A DNA stretch of 64,000 nt, from the NCBI GenBank assembly GCA_012295275.1, contig CM022668.1:12462001-12526000 (forward strand), written 5' to 3'. Of the stretch, positions 1 to 12,362 are shown one piece after another. The DNA is from Chrysomallon squamiferum. Its lineage: Eukaryota; Animalia; Mollusca. The first letter of the stretch is position 1; every line of letters starts with the position of its first letter. The position numbers and the translations under genes are program-made. The notes under the pieces were generated by a model. The model made no database searches. It saw only the letters and a list, made by a program, of their open reading frames with translations, and was not told where the DNA came from.

Positions 1-34
1 CAAGTAGGAGAGGACGTAGAAATGACTGTGACAG
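1..34 (+). CDS. Exon 1 (5'-truncated by window) of giant multi-Ig MLCK/titin-family muscle protein; QVGEDVEMTVT
   Basis: Open frame typical of Ig A'/B strands; donor CAG|GTAATA at 35; phase 1 joins exon 2 in frame (G+TG=Val). Confidence 0.8.
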
Positions 35-329
35 GTAATAATAGGTGTTACTGTGTGTGTGAAGACTCTGGTTCAAATCTTATCGGAGGAATTGTTTGTT
101 AATATATTTATTTAATTTTATTTTATTTCTTTTTTTTATTTAATGTTTATTTCTTCTTCTTTTTTTATTCTTTTTTTATTATAATTCTTTTTTTTTTTTT
201 TTTTGTCAATTATTTAGTTTTGTATTCATTTATTTACTTATTTGTTTATTTTTGTATTTTGTTTGTTTGTTTCTTTATTTATTTATGTTTGGGCATTTTT
301 GGTATGTATTTTTTTATTATTTTATTTAA

Positions 330-724
330 AATCATTATCATTATTATCAGTATTGTTATTATTATTATTACTATTATTATTATTGTTATTATTATTATTA
401 TCATTGTTATCATCATCATTATCATTATTATTATTATTGTTATTATTATTATTATCATTGTTATCATCATTATCATTATTATTATCATCATCATCATTAT
501 TATTATTATCATTATCATTATCATAATTATTATTATCATTATTATTATTATCATTACTATTATTACTATTATCATTATTACTATTATTATTATTACTATT
601 ATCATTATCATTATTATTATTATTACTATTATTATTATTATTATATTATTATTATCATTACTATTATCATTATCATTATTATTATTATTACTATTATTAT
701 TATTATTATATTATTATCATTACT

Positions 725-765
<41 letters not shown>

Positions 766-1100
766 TACTATTATTACTATTACTGTTACTATTATTACTA
801 TTATTATTATTATTATTATTACTATTATTACTACTATTATTATTACTATTACTATTACTTTTATTACTTTATTTCAAATTATTATTACTATTACTATTAT
901 TATTACTATTATTACTATTACTATTATTACTATCACTATTACTACTATTACTATTACTATTACTATTACTACTATTACTACTATTACTATTACTACTACT
1001 ACTACTATTACTACTATTACTATTACTACTACTACTACTATTACTACTATTACTATTATTACTATTATTACTATTACTATTCCTGTTACTACTATTACTG
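330..1100. repeat. Compound trinucleotide microsatellite (ATT/ATC/ACT)n
   Basis: Direct inspection; source of the poly-I/L/Y ORFs. Confidence 0.97.
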
Positions 1101-1115
1101 TTGTTCACGTTTCAG

Positions 1116-1319
1116 TGACATGTCGACCGGAGCCCAGTGTTGAGTGGTTCCACGGAGAGGAGAAGATTGAACCGTCTCCCAGATTCACCTTCGTACACAG
1201 CAAGGGCGTCTACCACCTGACTGCGAAAAACCTCAAACCAGAGGACGCAGGAGAATGGCGTTGCCTAGCAACCAATGCATATGGCAAAGCCTGGTGCTCC
1301 TGTGACCTTAGAGTGTTAG
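1116..1319 (+). CDS. Exon 2, Ig1 second part (TCRPEPSVEWFHG...PEDAGEWRCLATNAYG...LRVL)
   Basis: ttcag acceptor, GTATGT donor; I-set motifs (PxPxVxW, DxGxxxCxAxNxxG); phase 1-1. Confidence 0.93.
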
Positions 1320-1841
1320 GTATGTGTGTGCGTAAGGAGTGGGGGAGGGTGTTTGAATTTAAAAAAAAAAAAAAGGGTGGTTTTGTTGTTGTTTATTGTT
1401 ATGAATGTGCTGATAAATTCTGGGTGTTTGTGTTTGCAGTTGTTTTTAAAATGTGGTTTCATGCTTGCTTTCTTAGGTTGGTAAATAAAATAAGTAAGTA
1501 AATGAGTGAGAGAGTGAGTGAGTGAATGAGTAAATAAGTAAATAAATAAACAAACAAACAAAAGCAAAAAAAGAAAGAAATAAGAATGAAAGCAAAAAAA
1601 TACGTAAAAAATAAATTAATAAATAAATTAATAAATAAATAAATAAATAAGTTAATAAATAAACAAGAAAGAAGTAAATAAATAAAATAAAATAAAATAT
1701 ACATAATAGAAAAAATGAATAAAGTAGTTGACATTTAAAATAATATTAATTATAACAGTTCTACTGTAATCAAAAAGGAAATATTTTTTGAAATAATGTA
1801 TTTTTCTAGAAATAATAAATAATAAAATTTTACATTTTCAG

Positions 1842-1968
1842 AAATGGTTCCTGCTGATGCGAAGAAACCAAAGTTTGTGGAGAGGTTGGAGAGTATGACA
1901 ATCACAGAAGGATCCATCGCTCGTTTGGAATGCAGGGTCAAAGGTCATCCAACACCTGTTATTGAATG
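1842..1968 (+). CDS. Exon 3, Ig2 first half (EMVPADAKKPKFVERLESMTITEGSIARLECRVKGHPTPVIEW)
   Basis: ttttcag acceptor, GTAAAT donor; PxF..L, C and GxPxP motifs; phase 1-2. Confidence 0.92.
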
Positions 1969-2219
1969 GTAAATATTTAAAAAATGTAAATTAGTAGCAT
2001 ATAATGATGTAGGAATATAGAGTGTGTATTTGTGTTTTTTAGGAAGTGTGTTTGTGTGTATGTGTGTGTATGTATGTATATGCATTATTATAATTTAAGT
2101 AATATTATATCTGTTATATAGTAATCATAATATATTCTTTTAACAGAACTATATATATATATATATATATATTTCACATTACAAATATAAAATAACCTTT
2201 CACACACCCCACTCCCCAG

Positions 2220-2631
2220 GTACAAAGACCGTCAAAGAATTGAAGACAGCCATTTTCAAGATGGCCACCGAGGAAAACCACACATACACTCTGACCATAG
2301 ACGACGCCATGCTGGAAGACTCCGGCCACTACATGTGCAGAGCGGTCAACGAGGCAGGGTCAGCTGCATCGGAGGCCAAAGTCCGAGTCCAGACCATTGC
2401 CCAGGCAGAGGACGAGCGATTCGCCCCCGATTCCTCGATCCTTGACAAGGCCCCCTCGGCCAGGTACCGATTCCAGACCCGCCCGACTTCACGGTGAGGC
2501 TGAGGAACAAGTCTGTGTTTGAAGGGTCCCACGCCCGCCTCGCCTGTTCTGTGACCGGGATTCCCGATCCCCACGTCAAGTGGTACAAAGACGGTGCCGA
2601 GATTAGCAACGACATTCACTACGCCATTAGA
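2220..2631 (+). CDS. Exon 4, Ig2 second half + linker + Ig3 first half; contains two apparent frameshifts
   Basis: ccccag acceptor, GTAAGT donor. WYKD is in one frame, YTLTI..DSGHYMCRAVNEAG in a second, and PPDFTVRLRNKSVFEG..C..GIPDP..WYKDG is back in the first. Confidence 0.85.
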
Positions 2632-2824
2632 GTAAGTGAACTGTCATATCAGTGTGTGTGTGTGTGTGTGTCTGTGTGTGTGAGTGTCTGTGTGTGTGTG
2701 TGTGTGTTAGTGTGTGTTAGTGTGTGTGTGTGTTAGTGTGTGTTAGTGTGTGTGTGTGTGATACAGAATGTGTTAGACATTAGCAGTGCCATGAGGTAAA
2801 TATTTTACATATTAAATACACACA

Positions 2825-3110
2825 AAATGTGAAGTGTAGGACATATTAAGTTTACTGCAAAATGTAGGATACATTTGTTTAATGTGAAGTGTAGGATATA
2901 TTAATTTACTGTGAAGTTTAGTGCATATTAAGTTTACTGTAAAATGTAGGATATATTAGTTTAATGTGAAGTTTAGGATATACTATTTTACTCTGAAATG
3001 TAGGATATATTAAGTTAACTCAGAAATGTAGGATATATTAAGTTAACTCTGAAGTGAAGTGTAGGATATACTAGTTTACTGTGAAGCTTAGTATATATTA
3101 ATTTACTTTA
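2825..3110. repeat. Degenerate ~29-bp minisatellite (aaatgtaggatatattaagtttactgtg)
   Basis: Recurring gtaggatatatta core. Confidence 0.75.
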
Positions 3111-3240
3111 ATGTATAGGATAGGTTAGCTTATATCCGTTTGCTGTTTATTATATTACCTAACTGTGAACTATAGGACACATTACTATTTAATTAACTAT
3201 CAATTACATCCTATATTAGTTTACTGTGTGTACACTCACT

Positions 3241-3322
<82 letters not shown>

Positions 3323-3351
3323 TAAATGACTGTTATTTTTGACTACTACAG

Positions 3352-3475
3352 AACAACTATGGACTGCTGTCTATGGAGATAACTAGAGTTAAGCCAGAGG
3401 ATGCTGGGTGTTACACCTGCGAGGCGTACAACAGTGAAGGGTCCATCACCTGCAGTGCTAGCCTGGAGATTCTAG
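3352..3475 (+). CDS. Exon 5, Ig3 second half (NNYGLLSMEITRVKPEDAGCYTCEAYNSEG..LEIL)
   Basis: tacag acceptor, GTATTT donor; DxGxYxCxAxNxxG; phase 0-1. Confidence 0.92.
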
Positions 3476-3631
3476 GTATTTACACACACTCACACAGACA
3501 GACAGACAGACAGTCAGATATACAGAAATATAGACAGACATATACAGACGCACTGACACACATATATACAGAAATATAGACAGACATATACAGAAATATA
3601 GAGAGACATATACAGAGACACACTGATAAGC

Positions 3632-3714
<83 letters not shown>

Positions 3715-4294
3715 TATATGCAGACAGACAGACATATATAGAGACATACAAATAGGTAGACATATATACAGACACACACACACACACACACACACAGACA
3801 GACAGACAGAATGACCCAGGTAGACACTAGGTAACAAGAAAAGATAAATGGATTAAATGAATGAATGTGTTTATATGGATGTGCAAATGAATGAATGAAC
3901 AAGTAAGTTAATGAATAAATAAATGAATGCATGAAAAAAACTTGATGACTAAACAAATGAATAAATTGGTGAACAAAATAATTTAAGGATGAACAGACAA
4001 ATAGACAGATTAATAAATAAACAAATAAACTAATGACTAAAAGAACAAACAAACAAACAAATGAATAAATACATACCTAACAGATGAATGGACAAATAAA
4101 CTGATAAATATATGAATGAACTAATGAATGATGGATATGTAAAGATACTTTAAGGATGGATATTTAAGGATACTTTAAGGATAATTATTGTAATTGTTTA
4201 GTTCAGGCAAATTTAAGAATGGATATGTAAGGATACTCTAAGGATCAATGTTTAAGGATACTTTAAGGATAATGATTGTAATTGTGTGTTTCAG

Positions 4295-4433
4295 GACAAG
4301 CTGAGGAAGCAGAAGAAGAAGAATTTGCCAGACCAAAATTCCTTGCCCCTCTTGATGACATCTGTATCACTGAGGGAGAGGAAGCCATTTTCCAGTGTAG
4401 AGCAACCGGAAAACCAACACCCAGCTTCAAATG
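4295..4433 (+). CDS. Exon 6, Ig4 first half (GQAEEAEEEEFARPKFLAPLDDICITEGEEAIFQCRATGKPTPSFKW)
   Basis: tttcag acceptor, GTGAGT donor; phase 1-2. Confidence 0.92.
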
Positions 4434-4439
4434 GTGAGT

Positions 4440-5085
4440 AGTACATTGTTTAATATCAGAAATATTATACACTGTTTAATATCTAGTGTAATACATTGTT
4501 TAATATCTAATATAATACGTTGTTTGATATTTACTGTAATACACTGTTTAATATCTAGTCTAATACATTGTTTAATATTTAATATTATGCATTGTTTAAT
4601 ATCAGAAATATTATACACTGTTTAATATCTAGTGTAATACATTGTTTAATATCTAGTGTAATTCATTGTTTGACATCTAGTGTAATTCATTGTTTGATAT
4701 TTGATATAATACTCTGTTTAATATAATACAGCTTTTAATAGTTAATATAATACATTGTTTAATATCTAATATAATACATCATTTAATATCTAATGTAATA
4801 CATTGTTTAATATCTAATATAATACATTGTTTAATATCTAATGTAATATATTGTTTAATAATCTAATATAATACATTGTTTAATAATTAATATAATACAT
4901 ATTGTTTAATATTTAATAAAATACATATTGTTTAATATTTGATATAATACATTGTTTAATATCTAATATAATACATTGTTTAATATCAGAAATATTATAC
5001 AATGTTTAATATCTAATATAATACATTTTTGTTTAATATTTAAAATAATACATTATTTAATATCTAATATAATACATTGTTTAAT
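4440..5085. repeat. ~23-bp minisatellite (atacattgtttaatatctaatat) filling the intron between exons 6 and 7
   Basis: More than 20 tandem degenerate copies. Confidence 0.92.
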
Positions 5086-5125
5086 AAATTATCTCCTACC
5101 TAATTGTAATATATTTTCTACTCAG

Positions 5126-5300
5126 GCAAAAAGATGTTCTGGAGATCTCACGAGACAGAACATACAAGTGTTCAGAGATCTGCCATGAGCATAAAAGCTG
5201 GTGATCAGCAACGCCCGTCGCACCGATTCTGGGCTCTACTTCTGTGTCGCACACAGCAAGGCTGGCAGAAGTAAATGTTCCGGATCTCTCAGAGTTCTTG
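5126..5300 (+). CDS. Exon 7, Ig4 second half (WQKD...HEH/KLVISNARRTDSGLYFCVAHSKAG...LRVL); one apparent frameshift
   Basis: ctcag acceptor, GTATGT donor; Ig motifs split over two frames at the AAAA run 5193-5196. Confidence 0.85.
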
Positions 5301-5404
5301 GTATGTGTGTTGTTGTTGTTTTGTAGTTGTAGTAGTAGTAGTAGTAGTAGTAGTAGTGTTGTTATTATTGTTATTATTTATTACTTCTTACAATTCTTCT
5401 TCTT

Positions 5405-5469
<65 letters not shown>

Positions 5470-5910
5470 CATCATCACCTATGTGGTGTCCAAGCTTTGC
5501 TAATAATAAAATATAATAGTAAATACATTCAAAGTAAGTTGTTTGTAGTGATTCATATTTTTTCTTTTTGCTTTTTAAAATTGTTTTTTTTATTAATTAT
5601 TTATTTTTTTATTTTTTTGTATGTGTGTCCTTTTTGCATCACATCTTTTAAAGAAACAAATGATAAATACAACATTTTTTGTTTATGATAAATGTAAAAA
5701 AATAAGTAAAATGAGAAAAAAAAAAAAACTGCTGACATATATACTCCATCAGAGATACATATTTATAAAAAAAAAAAACTGAAACATTTATTAAGAATAA
5801 CTAGACATTATTTTTTTTTATTTCAAGACTTTTAATCATCAAAAACTTTCTCCATTTTTTTTACCCAACTCGACAACAACCAATCACATTTCCCGTTACA
5901 TTTTCAACAG

Positions 5911-6123
5911 AGAAACCCGAATCTCCTCCACCAATGAGAAAAGAGAAGATCTCAGACCTCCATCGCCCTGGTTACGCTGGGAGAGACTATGGTCAGCTTG
6001 ACCGGTTGGCTGCAATGGGCAAGCCTCCCAAATTCAGCATCATGCTGCCAAAGGAAATCGAAGTCGTGGAAGGAGAGAAGCTCAGACTTGATTGTTCTGT
6101 TGACGGAATACCTCAACCACTGG
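5911..6123 (+). CDS. Exon 8, linker + Ig5 first half (..KPPKFSIMLPKEIEVVEGEKLRLDCSVDGIPQPL)
   Basis: caacag acceptor, GTAAGA donor; phase 1-1. Confidence 0.92.
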
Positions 6124-6179
6124 GTAAGATTTCGACAGATTTTCTGTCTGTCTGTCTGTCTGTCTCTTTCTTTCTTCTT

Positions 6180-6385
6180 GTGGGTGCAGTTCAGTTGTTA
6201 GAGTGGAAGTGTGAGGTGCAGTGGGTCACAGGTTCAAATCTTCTAAGTGCACATTTTTAAGCCAGATTTGAGAAAAGCTGTGATTACGTTTTCCTGTTTC
6301 TAAGAAGGTGCATATGAAACATCACTTGCTGATAACTGGGTAAAAGAGTAACCCATGATGCAGCAGCAGGTTTCCTCTCTTGATA
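6180..6385 (+). mobile_element. Degenerate tRNA-derived SINE remnant
   Basis: A-box-like gttcagttgttagag and B-box ggttcaaatc; the 3' part (cttgctgataa..gagtaacccatg..gcagcaggtttcctctc) resembles a molluscan SINE body from memory. Confidence 0.4.
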
Positions 6386-6761
6386 CATTATTTCATCCCT
6401 TTCATTTGTCTGTTTCTGTGTAGGTTTGTTTGTATTTCTGTCAAAAACCTATAGATATAAAAAAAATAATAATAATAAATGTAGAAAATGAAAATGACAT
6501 AATTATTTATAAATATTTTTTCAATGCCTTTAGAATAATAAAATAATAAATGACACACACACAAACACACTTATACACACACACACACATAATTAAAATT
6601 TGAACACACACATTTTGAGATGCATTTTTTAATTCTTGATTTAACATTAAAACAAATGATTCTCTAATAATGTAATAATGTACACAGTACAGGATAATAC
6701 GATATGATATAATACCAAATTACTTTTAAAAAATAATAATATATGTGTATGTATATATGTA

Positions 6762-6794
<33 letters not shown>

Positions 6795-6847
6795 GTATAT
6801 GTATGTATTAATTCTTAATTTAACATTGAAACAAATGATTCTTTCAG

Positions 6848-7043
6848 TAACGTGGCACAAAGGAGTCAGGGAACTCTCCTACGGAGAAAGACACAGAATT
6901 ATCATGTGTGGAACCATGCACACCATGGAGATTGGGTCTCTGATGACCTTTGACCAGGGCGAGTACATCGTCCGGGCAACCAATGCATTTGGAACAATTG
7001 AGACTTCCTGTTATGTCAAGGTTTTAAAGAAGGGAGAAGCAAG
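6848..7043 (+). CDS. Exon 9, Ig5 second half (VTWHKG...FDQGEYIVRATNAFG..VKVLKKGEA)
   Basis: ctttcag acceptor, GTAAGA donor; phase 1-2. Confidence 0.92.
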
Positions 7044-7068
7044 GTAAGAACGTTGTTGTTGTTGTTGC

Positions 7069-7099
<31 letters not shown>

Positions 7100-7375
7100 T
7101 ATATTTATATTTACACACAGATAACATACATCATTTTAATATGTATTTATTTCATCAATTATCCTTTTGCCATTAATATATATATATATATTTTTATTTT
7201 TTTTGTTGTTCATGTTGTTGTTGTTATTGTTATTATAATTATTATTGTTATTGTTATTATTTTTATTATTATTATTATTGTTATATTATTATTACTGTTG
7301 TTGTTGTTGTTGTTGTTGTTGTTTAAAGAGTGATAATTAACAATAATACAACTGATTTATTTGTTGTTTTTACAG

Positions 7376-7434
7376 ACGACATGCAGAACCAAAAATAACA
7401 CCCAGAGAAAAGACCAGAAAACCAGCATGCCAAG
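7376..7434 (+). CDS. Exon 10, short basic linker (RRHAEPKITPREKTRKPACQ)
   Basis: tttacag acceptor, GTACAT donor; phase 2-1 is needed to keep exon 9 and exon 11 in frame. Confidence 0.85.
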
Positions 7435-7470
7435 GTACATATGTCTGTGTGTATGTGTGTGTGTGTGTGC

Positions 7471-7598
<128 letters not shown>

Positions 7599-7869
7599 AT
7601 ATGATTTATATACTTTATTATTTACTAAATACCTCAACATTAATTTTTGTTGTTATTGATGTAAATACCATTACAGCTTCTCTTACTTTTGTATTTTTAT
7701 ACTTTACTGTATTATTATTATTATTGTTGTTGTTGCTGCTGTTGTTGCTGTTGTTCTTCTTCTTCTTATTATTATTATTATTATTATTATTGTTGCTGCT
7801 GTTGTTGTTATTGTTCTTCTTCTTATTATTATTATTATTATCATGATCATTTCATTTTTTAACTCACAG

Positions 7870-8320
7870 CACCCTTCTTCATCAAACATCTTCCAAAGAC
7901 CATCGACGTCATGGCTGGTATTGACCTGCGCCTCGACTGCATCCTCCGCGGAGGCATCGAGGTTGTGAAGTTCACCGACGAGGAAGCCGATGAAGCCAAA
8001 GACAAGCTGGAAAAGGAAGGCTTCGAAGGAGCCTACAAAACAATTCCTGATACGGTGCTGGAGAAATCAACTGATGATGTCACAGATAAACCAGCTGATG
8101 ATGTCACAGATAAACCAGCTGATGATGTCATAGAAACACCTGTCGATGATGTCACAGAAACACCTGTTGATGATGTCACCAAAACACCAACAGATGATGT
8201 CACAGAAAAACAGAAAGCCCCAGAATTTGCAGCCAAGATGGCCAACCTTGTTTTGCCAGCTGGCAGTGAGGCTGTATTTGAGTGCGAGGTTGCTGGGCAA
8301 CCAGCTCCAGTGGTCACATG
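7870..8320 (+). CDS. Exon 11, half-Ig + acidic DDVTxxPx repeat linker + Ig6 first half
   Basis: cacag acceptor, GTAAGT donor; APFFIKHLP..LRLDC, then repeats, then APEF..FECEVAGQPAPVVTW; phase 1-2. Confidence 0.9.
8071..8214 (+). repeat. Coding 24-bp tandem repeat x6 (DDVT-x-x-P-x)
   Basis: ctgatgatgtcacagataaaccag and variants, in frame. Confidence 0.93.
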
Positions 8321-8679
8321 GTAAGTAATGCAGAATGGAAACAGTAAGAATGATAATTATATCCATGTTTTTTGTTAGCATATAAATTGGTATAAAGACT
8401 GAAACATAAATGATAAATACTGAGAGGTTGCTCTCAGTACTTTTATTTCTTGTTTTTATTTTTGTTTGGGAGGTGGTTTGATTGTAATTACTTTCTGTGG
8501 TATGAGAAAACTGAGAATTATGTTTATAAATTTGTTTATTAAAATTTCTTGATTTTAAAAAAATAAAAATTAAATTCTGCCTCTTGGTTTATTTTATTAT
8601 TCTGTACCTTTCTCTCTCTCTTTTTCTCTGTCTCTCTTTGTATTTCTCTCTGGTTTATTTTTGTATTTCTCTTCTCTCT

Positions 8680-8762
<83 letters not shown>

Positions 8763-8935
8763 GTCTCTCTCTCTCTCCGTCTCTGTGTGACTCTGTTACT
8801 CTCTTTCTCTATTTCTTTGACTCTTTTCCTATCTATCTCTATATCTATTATTTTACTTCAATGCAATATATTTTAATCATACCCACCTATATAACCATAT
8901 ATATACATACAAAGTTTACTGTTTATGTGTTTCAG

Positions 8936-9108
8936 GGAGAAAGATGGTCAGAGTGTAACAACAAGTGATAAAATAAAAATATCCTCAGTAGGACAGAAAC
9001 ATCAGCTTCGCATTTCAACCATCTCAAAAAGTGATGAAGGAAAGTACACCTGCATGGCAACATCTACTGCTGGGTCTCTTTCAAACTCAGCTACACTTTC
9101 AATTGAAG
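8936..9108 (+). CDS. Exon 12, Ig6 second half (WEKDG...SDEGKYTCMATSTAG..LSIE)
   Basis: ttcag acceptor, GTGAGT donor; phase 2-1. Confidence 0.92.
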
Positions 9109-9478
9109 GTGAGTGTAACCTTGTTTAACGGATATCTCCCATTCTAGCCTTGCTCCTGTTTATTCTACATGTGCAGGTACCTTTAGAAGAAATTACTCAT
9201 TTATTTTCAAATAATTTTTTTTAAGAGTAAATATATTAATATATTCTCTTTCAGAGGTATCAAATAACATTTTTATATTTTTGCTAAATTGTATATATAT
9301 ATATATATATGTATGTATATTTTTTTTTTTTTTTTTTTTTTTTTTAAATGAGTAAATATTTTTATATATATCTCTTTTAAAAAACCAGTGGTTTCAAATA
9401 ATATATTTTTCTATTTTTAGCAAACTATATTTAAAAAAAAGAAAAGTCATAAAGTTTAAATTTAATTTTCATTTTCAG

Positions 9479-9645
9479 ACATTGTTCCAGAAAAGTCTGA
9501 ACAGACTGAGGTCATTCCCACACCTCCCCCAGTGTTTGATCAGGAACTGTCACCAGAGGTCACCGGTACAGAGGGAGATAACCTGGTTTTGACTTGTTTC
9601 ATTAAAGATGCCAAATCCATTCACTGGGAAAAAGATGGAGTGGAA
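9479..9645 (+). CDS. Exon 13, Ig7 first half (..PPPVFDQELSPEVTGTEGDNLVLTCFIKDAKSIHWEKDGVE)
   Basis: ttttcag acceptor, GTGAGT donor; phase 1-0. Confidence 0.9.
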
Positions 9646-9660
9646 GTGAGTTGTCATAGC

Positions 9661-9733
<73 letters not shown>

Positions 9734-9816
9734 AAAAACACACACTTTATATAGATATATATATATATACACACACACACACATACACACACACACACAC
9801 AAAAACACACACTTTG

Positions 9817-9854
<38 letters not shown>

Positions 9855-10227
9855 TTATATATATATATATATACACACACATACACACATACACATACAT
9901 ACAAACACACACACAAACACACACATACACACACAAACACACATGCATGCACACACATACACACACACAAACATACACATGCAAACACACTCACATTATG
10001 TATATATCCACACAAACACACACAGGCATACACACTCACCCATATATATACATGTATGTATGTACACAGACAAAGACACATTTACAGACAAACACATCCA
10101 TATACACAGATACAGATATAGACATATACACACACATAAAATCTATAAATACTTAGAAAACCCCACAATACACACATATATATATAAAAACTACAATCAC
10201 TGTCTTTGTTTCCTCTTGTTGCCATAG

Positions 10228-10387
10228 TTACCAAAGAGTCTGCGACTGTTCATCACTCAAGACTCGAAAGGAAACCAGATGCTGGAGTTTTCAGAGCTGT
10301 TTGCGTCAGACAGCGGTGAATACACGTGTGTCGCCGAAGTGGCCGATGGCTCCATTGTATCAACAAGCACTGTTGTTAATGTTGAAG
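10228..10387 (+). CDS. Exon 14, Ig7 second half (LPKSLRL..SDSGEYTCVAEVADG..VNVE)
   Basis: ccatag acceptor, GTGAGA donor; DSGEYTC; phase 0-1. Confidence 0.9.
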
Positions 10388-10967
10388 GTGAGACAGAGAG
10401 AGAAAAAATAATGTGTTAATTTTTTTTAAATAATTTGTGTCTACCCCAAGTACTGTAATTAATGATATTAAAAATTATATTTTCAGTGGTAAAAATTTTG
10501 TGTCTTGGTATTTATGTTGAAAGAGTGAAATTAAAAATTATGCAATATAAAGGTTAAGATGAAATAAATTATGTATTTAAATTTTTTTATTTTATTTTTA
10601 AAATGATATTAAGCTTTATATTCCATTAAGTTTTTTTGATATATAATGTAATATAATATATTTTAATATAATATAATATAATATATTTTAATGTAATATA
10701 GTATAATATATTGTAATGTCATGTAATATAATGTAATGTAATATCATGTAATATAATACAGTAATGTATAATATAATGTAATGTAAAATAAAATAATCTA
10801 ACATACTGTAATGTAATGCAGTACAATACAATACAATACATTACAATATAATAAAATATCAAATGAATTAAAATATGTGATTTTCTTAACATAATACATC
10901 ATATGTATCATCTACTGCTTATATCCTGCTTAGAATGTGAATTATGTTTATTTTTACACTTTTTCAG

Positions 10968-10995
10968 CCTGTCCAAAACAAACAGAAAAAGAAAG
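10968..10995 (+). CDS. Exon 15, 28-nt microexon (ACPKQTEKES)
   Basis: tttttcag acceptor, AG|GTGAGT donor; phase 1-2 is needed to put exon 16 in frame. Confidence 0.85.
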
Positions 10996-11097
10996 GTGAG
11001 TTTTTAAAGCAGTTTTAAGTTGTTTTCAAAATATATTTTTCTTAAATTATGAAATTATTTTATTTTATTTATTATCCTCATCTTTGCTATTCTTCTT

Positions 11098-11128
<31 letters not shown>

Positions 11129-11230
11129 TTATTATTATTATTATTATTATCATCATCATCATCATTACCACTATTATGATTATGGTTATTATTATTATTT
11201 TTATTACCATTAACACTACCATTATTATTA

Positions 11231-11265
<35 letters not shown>

Positions 11266-11284
11266 ATTATTCTTATTCTTATTC

Positions 11285-11333
<49 letters not shown>

Positions 11334-11479
11334 TATTATTCTTAATATTTTTACTATTATTATTGTTATTGTTATTATTACTATTACTATTATTATTATC
11401 ATCATCATCATCATTATCATTACTATTATTTTTGTTATTGTTGTTGTTATTGTTATTATTGTTATTATTGTTATTTCAG

Positions 11480-11624
11480 TATCACAACCCCGACATTCCT
11501 ACAGACACTGTCAGACAGAACCTGCCAAGATGGTGACATGGTGACCTTGGAGTGTCAGGTGCACGGTGACCCTCGACCTCAGATCACATGGTACAAGGAC
11601 GGACAAGAAATCCTTGACAGTCAG
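11480..11624 (+). CDS. Exon 16, Ig8 first half (ITTPTFLQTLSDRTCQDGDMVTLECQVHGDPRPQITWYKDGQEILDSQ)
   Basis: tttcag acceptor, GTGAGA donor; phase 2-0. Confidence 0.93.
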
Positions 11625-11906
11625 GTGAGAGTCTAGCCCCTTTTAGTGTCATCCGATTTTCATAATATCACTAGAAATATTATGAGTCAGATGAAAGAGA
11701 TGATATAACTGTATACATTATCATCACAATCATTATATTTCAAAAATCATCAGTCAAATAAAAGTGTTGACACTATCATCAACAGAAATTGTTTTTTTTT
11801 TAAATTTAGGTATTTATAATATTAATATGTAAATTAATATTAATATAAAAAAAAAAAAAAATTGAAATAAAGATATTATGGGATGTATGCAAATTAGTGA
11901 AATCTC

Positions 11907-11953
<47 letters not shown>

Positions 11954-12223
11954 AACACACAGAGAGATATACATATATACAGACAAACAGAAAGAAAGAC
12001 AGACACCCAAACAGACATATGCATAGTCATAGACAGACACTAACGAACAAAAATGAATGAATGAAGGAGAACAGATAAATGGATGTATATGTATGAATGA
12101 AGGAGACATTGAATGAATAAAGAGAAGTATAAAAATTCAAAATTAGTCTTAAATATTGATATTTTATTATTGATAATAATATTTACTCATTAATATATAT
12201 ATATATATATTTTTTAATTTCAG

Positions 12224-12362
12224 GATTTTCAAATCAGTATGATTGGTGATTTGTGCAAACTTCAAATCACTGAAGTTTTCCCCGAAGATGAAGGTCAGTA
12301 CTGCTGCAAAGCAGTCAACAGTGAAGGGGAGATAACTACGGAATGCCAACTAACAGTAGAAG
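12224..12362 (+). CDS. Exon 17, Ig8 second half (DFQISMIGDLCKLQITEVFPEDEGQYCCKAVNSEG..LTVE)
   Basis: tttcag acceptor, GTAGGT donor; EVFPEDxG signature recalled from MYLK/Sls-type Igs; phase 0-1. Confidence 0.93.

Noticed and set aside
220-1143. 307-aa ORF and the many other poly-I/Y/L, CV, HT, ER and LS ORFs in the track
   Set aside because: Translations of intronic microsatellites with no splice or domain support
2464-2476. 13-nt GT..AG mini-intron to repair the exon 4 frameshift
   Set aside because: Too short, and removing it does not restore the Ig3 frame
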